Of a DNA stretch of 50,077 bases, positions 48,704-50,077 are shown piece by piece; the stretch's first letter is position 1, and each line of letters opens with the position of its first letter. Below the pieces are notes generated by a model. That model ran no database searches. It saw nothing but the letters and a program-made list of their open reading frames with translations, and was not told the DNA's origin. The translations under genes and the position numbers were made by a program. This DNA comes from Paracoccaceae bacterium (GTDB taxonomy: Bacteria > Pseudomonadota > Alphaproteobacteria > Rhodobacterales > Rhodobacteraceae), in assembly GCA_016937195.1 (NCBI GenBank), contig JAFGWK010000014.1:1-50077 (forward strand). The letters run 5' to 3'.

Positions 48704-49795
48704 TCAATGGGTTCTTGGGCTATTCTCGTGCGCGACGAGGCCATCGATCAGCTTGATTACCGCGCGCAGATCCAAGCGCTGGCAGGAACCTTCAAGCATC
48801 TCGGCCAAGGTTGCAATCGCATCCTCTGATAGGCCCCGCGCCGCTCCCTCCCGGCGTGCGAAATACGCCAGCTGTGCGCCCGAGAGCGCGGGGATATCGA
48901 CGACCCGGCAGCGGCTGAGCAGTGGTGCGGGCACGTTGCAGCGATTGTTCGAGGTCAGGATCCAGCTGATCCAGCGCATGTCAAACGTGACCCGGAAGTA
49001 GGGACAGCTCCACGCCTGCGCGCTGAGCGGCTCAAGCAAAGGCAGAAGAGCATTGGTCCGCGCAAAGCTCATGCCCTTGTTTGAGCGCACATCGCCGACC
49101 TTGTCGATCTCATCGATCACCATCACCGGATTGCCCACGTGTTCGCGCAGGAACAGTTCGACCGGACGCCCTGGCTGCGCGGTCGCCCAACCGCGTTGGC
49201 TTCCGGTGACCGCGAAACCGGCGGGCTCGTTTGCGGCGTCGATCAGTTCCGACGGCGTGCCGATCAACTCCGCCAGACGCCGCGCCCAGTAGCTTTTACC
49301 GACACCCGGCGGCCCATCGAGCAGCATCGGCGGCAAATGCAAGGCGGGTGCACCGCTGCGCACGCTCTCGCGCATCGCGTGCCAAGCCAGAGTGGTCGCC
49401 TGCGCCATCCAGGGCATCTCATCGTGCAGCGTCGCTGCAATCTCGTCGGCGCGATGCGCGCTTGGCAGCTGAACCACACGAACACCGTCGCTGAGGGCGC
49501 GCAGCTTCTCTTGCGCGTCCTTGTCCAGATGCCTCAGACCCGATGCTCTCATACGCCGATCCGCGAGTGCTTTTGCTCGGCGGCAAATCTTCTCGCCATC
49601 ATGCCGACTGGGACTACAAGCGCGCAACTCCTCGCTCCAGCGATCCGCCTCGCGCGCGGCTTGCAGATCCGCCGGGTCCAACCCGCGCGCCTTCCAGCGC
49701 AGATCGCGCAGGAAGGAGATGAGCTGTTGCTCAATCTTCTGCGGTGAGTTTTCGAGATCGAAGCGCAGAGCGACAATGCGGAGAGGGGCGGACAT
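48704..49795 (-). CDS. Lon-type AAA+ ATPase lacking a protease domain
   Basis: LLDGPPGVGKS, NPVMVIDEIDK, ALLPLLEP, PAPLLSRC; the ORF ends soon after the AAA lid. Confidence 0.85.
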   Translation of the reverse strand: MSAPLRIVALRFDLENSPQKIEQQLISFLRDLRWKARGLDPADLQAAREADRWSEELRACSPSRHDGEKICRRAKALADRRMRASGLRHLDKDAQEKLRALSDGVRVVQLPSAHRADEIAATLHDEMPWMAQATTLAWHAMRESVRSGAPALHLPPMLLDGPPGVGKSYWARRLAELIGTPSELIDAANEPAGFAVTGSQRGWATAQPGRPVELFLREHVGNPVMVIDEIDKVGDVRSNKGMSFARTNALLPLLEPLSAQAWSCPYFRVTFDMRWISWILTSNNRCNVPAPLLSRCRVVDIPALSGAQLAYFARREGAARGLSEDAIATLAEMLEGSCQRLDLRAVIKLIDGLVAHENSPRTH

Positions 49796-50077
49796 GGCAG
49801 GCTCCTTCTGAACAGACGGCATGCGCCGCAAAAGCGCCCTCAAGAACGGAGGTTCGAGAGGCGATGAGATAAGGAACCCGGGTTTGGTGAGAGATAGGCC
49901 AGCTCGAGCGCCAAGGGTCAAGTCAAGGGCGGCGGTGCTACAGCGGCCGAAAACCTAGACACACACCGAAGCGCTCAAACAGAAGGCAGTCCGTAAGTAT
50001 TTGAAAAATAAAGACCTCTGACCAGAGCGCTGGCCAGAGGCAGATCTTACCGTATCAAAGGTGGGTCAATTTACCCC

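Overview
GC-rich alphaproteobacterial DNA (gene content suggests Rhodobacteraceae) that is almost entirely accessory. From left to right: (1) an ArsR regulator divergent from two PLP-enzyme genes; (2) a 5'-truncated prokaryotic viperin; (3) a Tn7-like tnsA-tnsB-tniB(tnsC)-tniQ module; (4) a low-GC cargo zone with a DUF2235 hydrolase, an MtlR/HEPN-like gene, a compact membrane protein-TIR-TIR operon, an IS1111-type IS110 element, a thermonuclease and a DEDDh-BRCT exonuclease; (5) a complete histidine utilisation cluster (hutC, F, I, H, G, U, D plus an ABC importer) with a class III CoA-transferase and an acyl-CoA dehydrogenase embedded before hutU; (6) a second cargo zone with HEPN-like proteins, a helicase-nuclease-Zn-ribbon fusion, a broken IS1182, a pentapeptide-repeat membrane protein, DUF4238 and an AAA+/metallophosphoesterase pair. 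Three signals stand out. The CoA-dependent branch inside the hut operon is a candidate route from imidazole propionate (or a similar acid) to urocanate. A degenerate intergenic repeat family brackets the single-gene cargo and is the insertion target at three IS junctions. The Thoeris-like TIR-TIR operon has a small membrane protein in place of ThsA. All family assignments are by motif recognition; no database searches were run.
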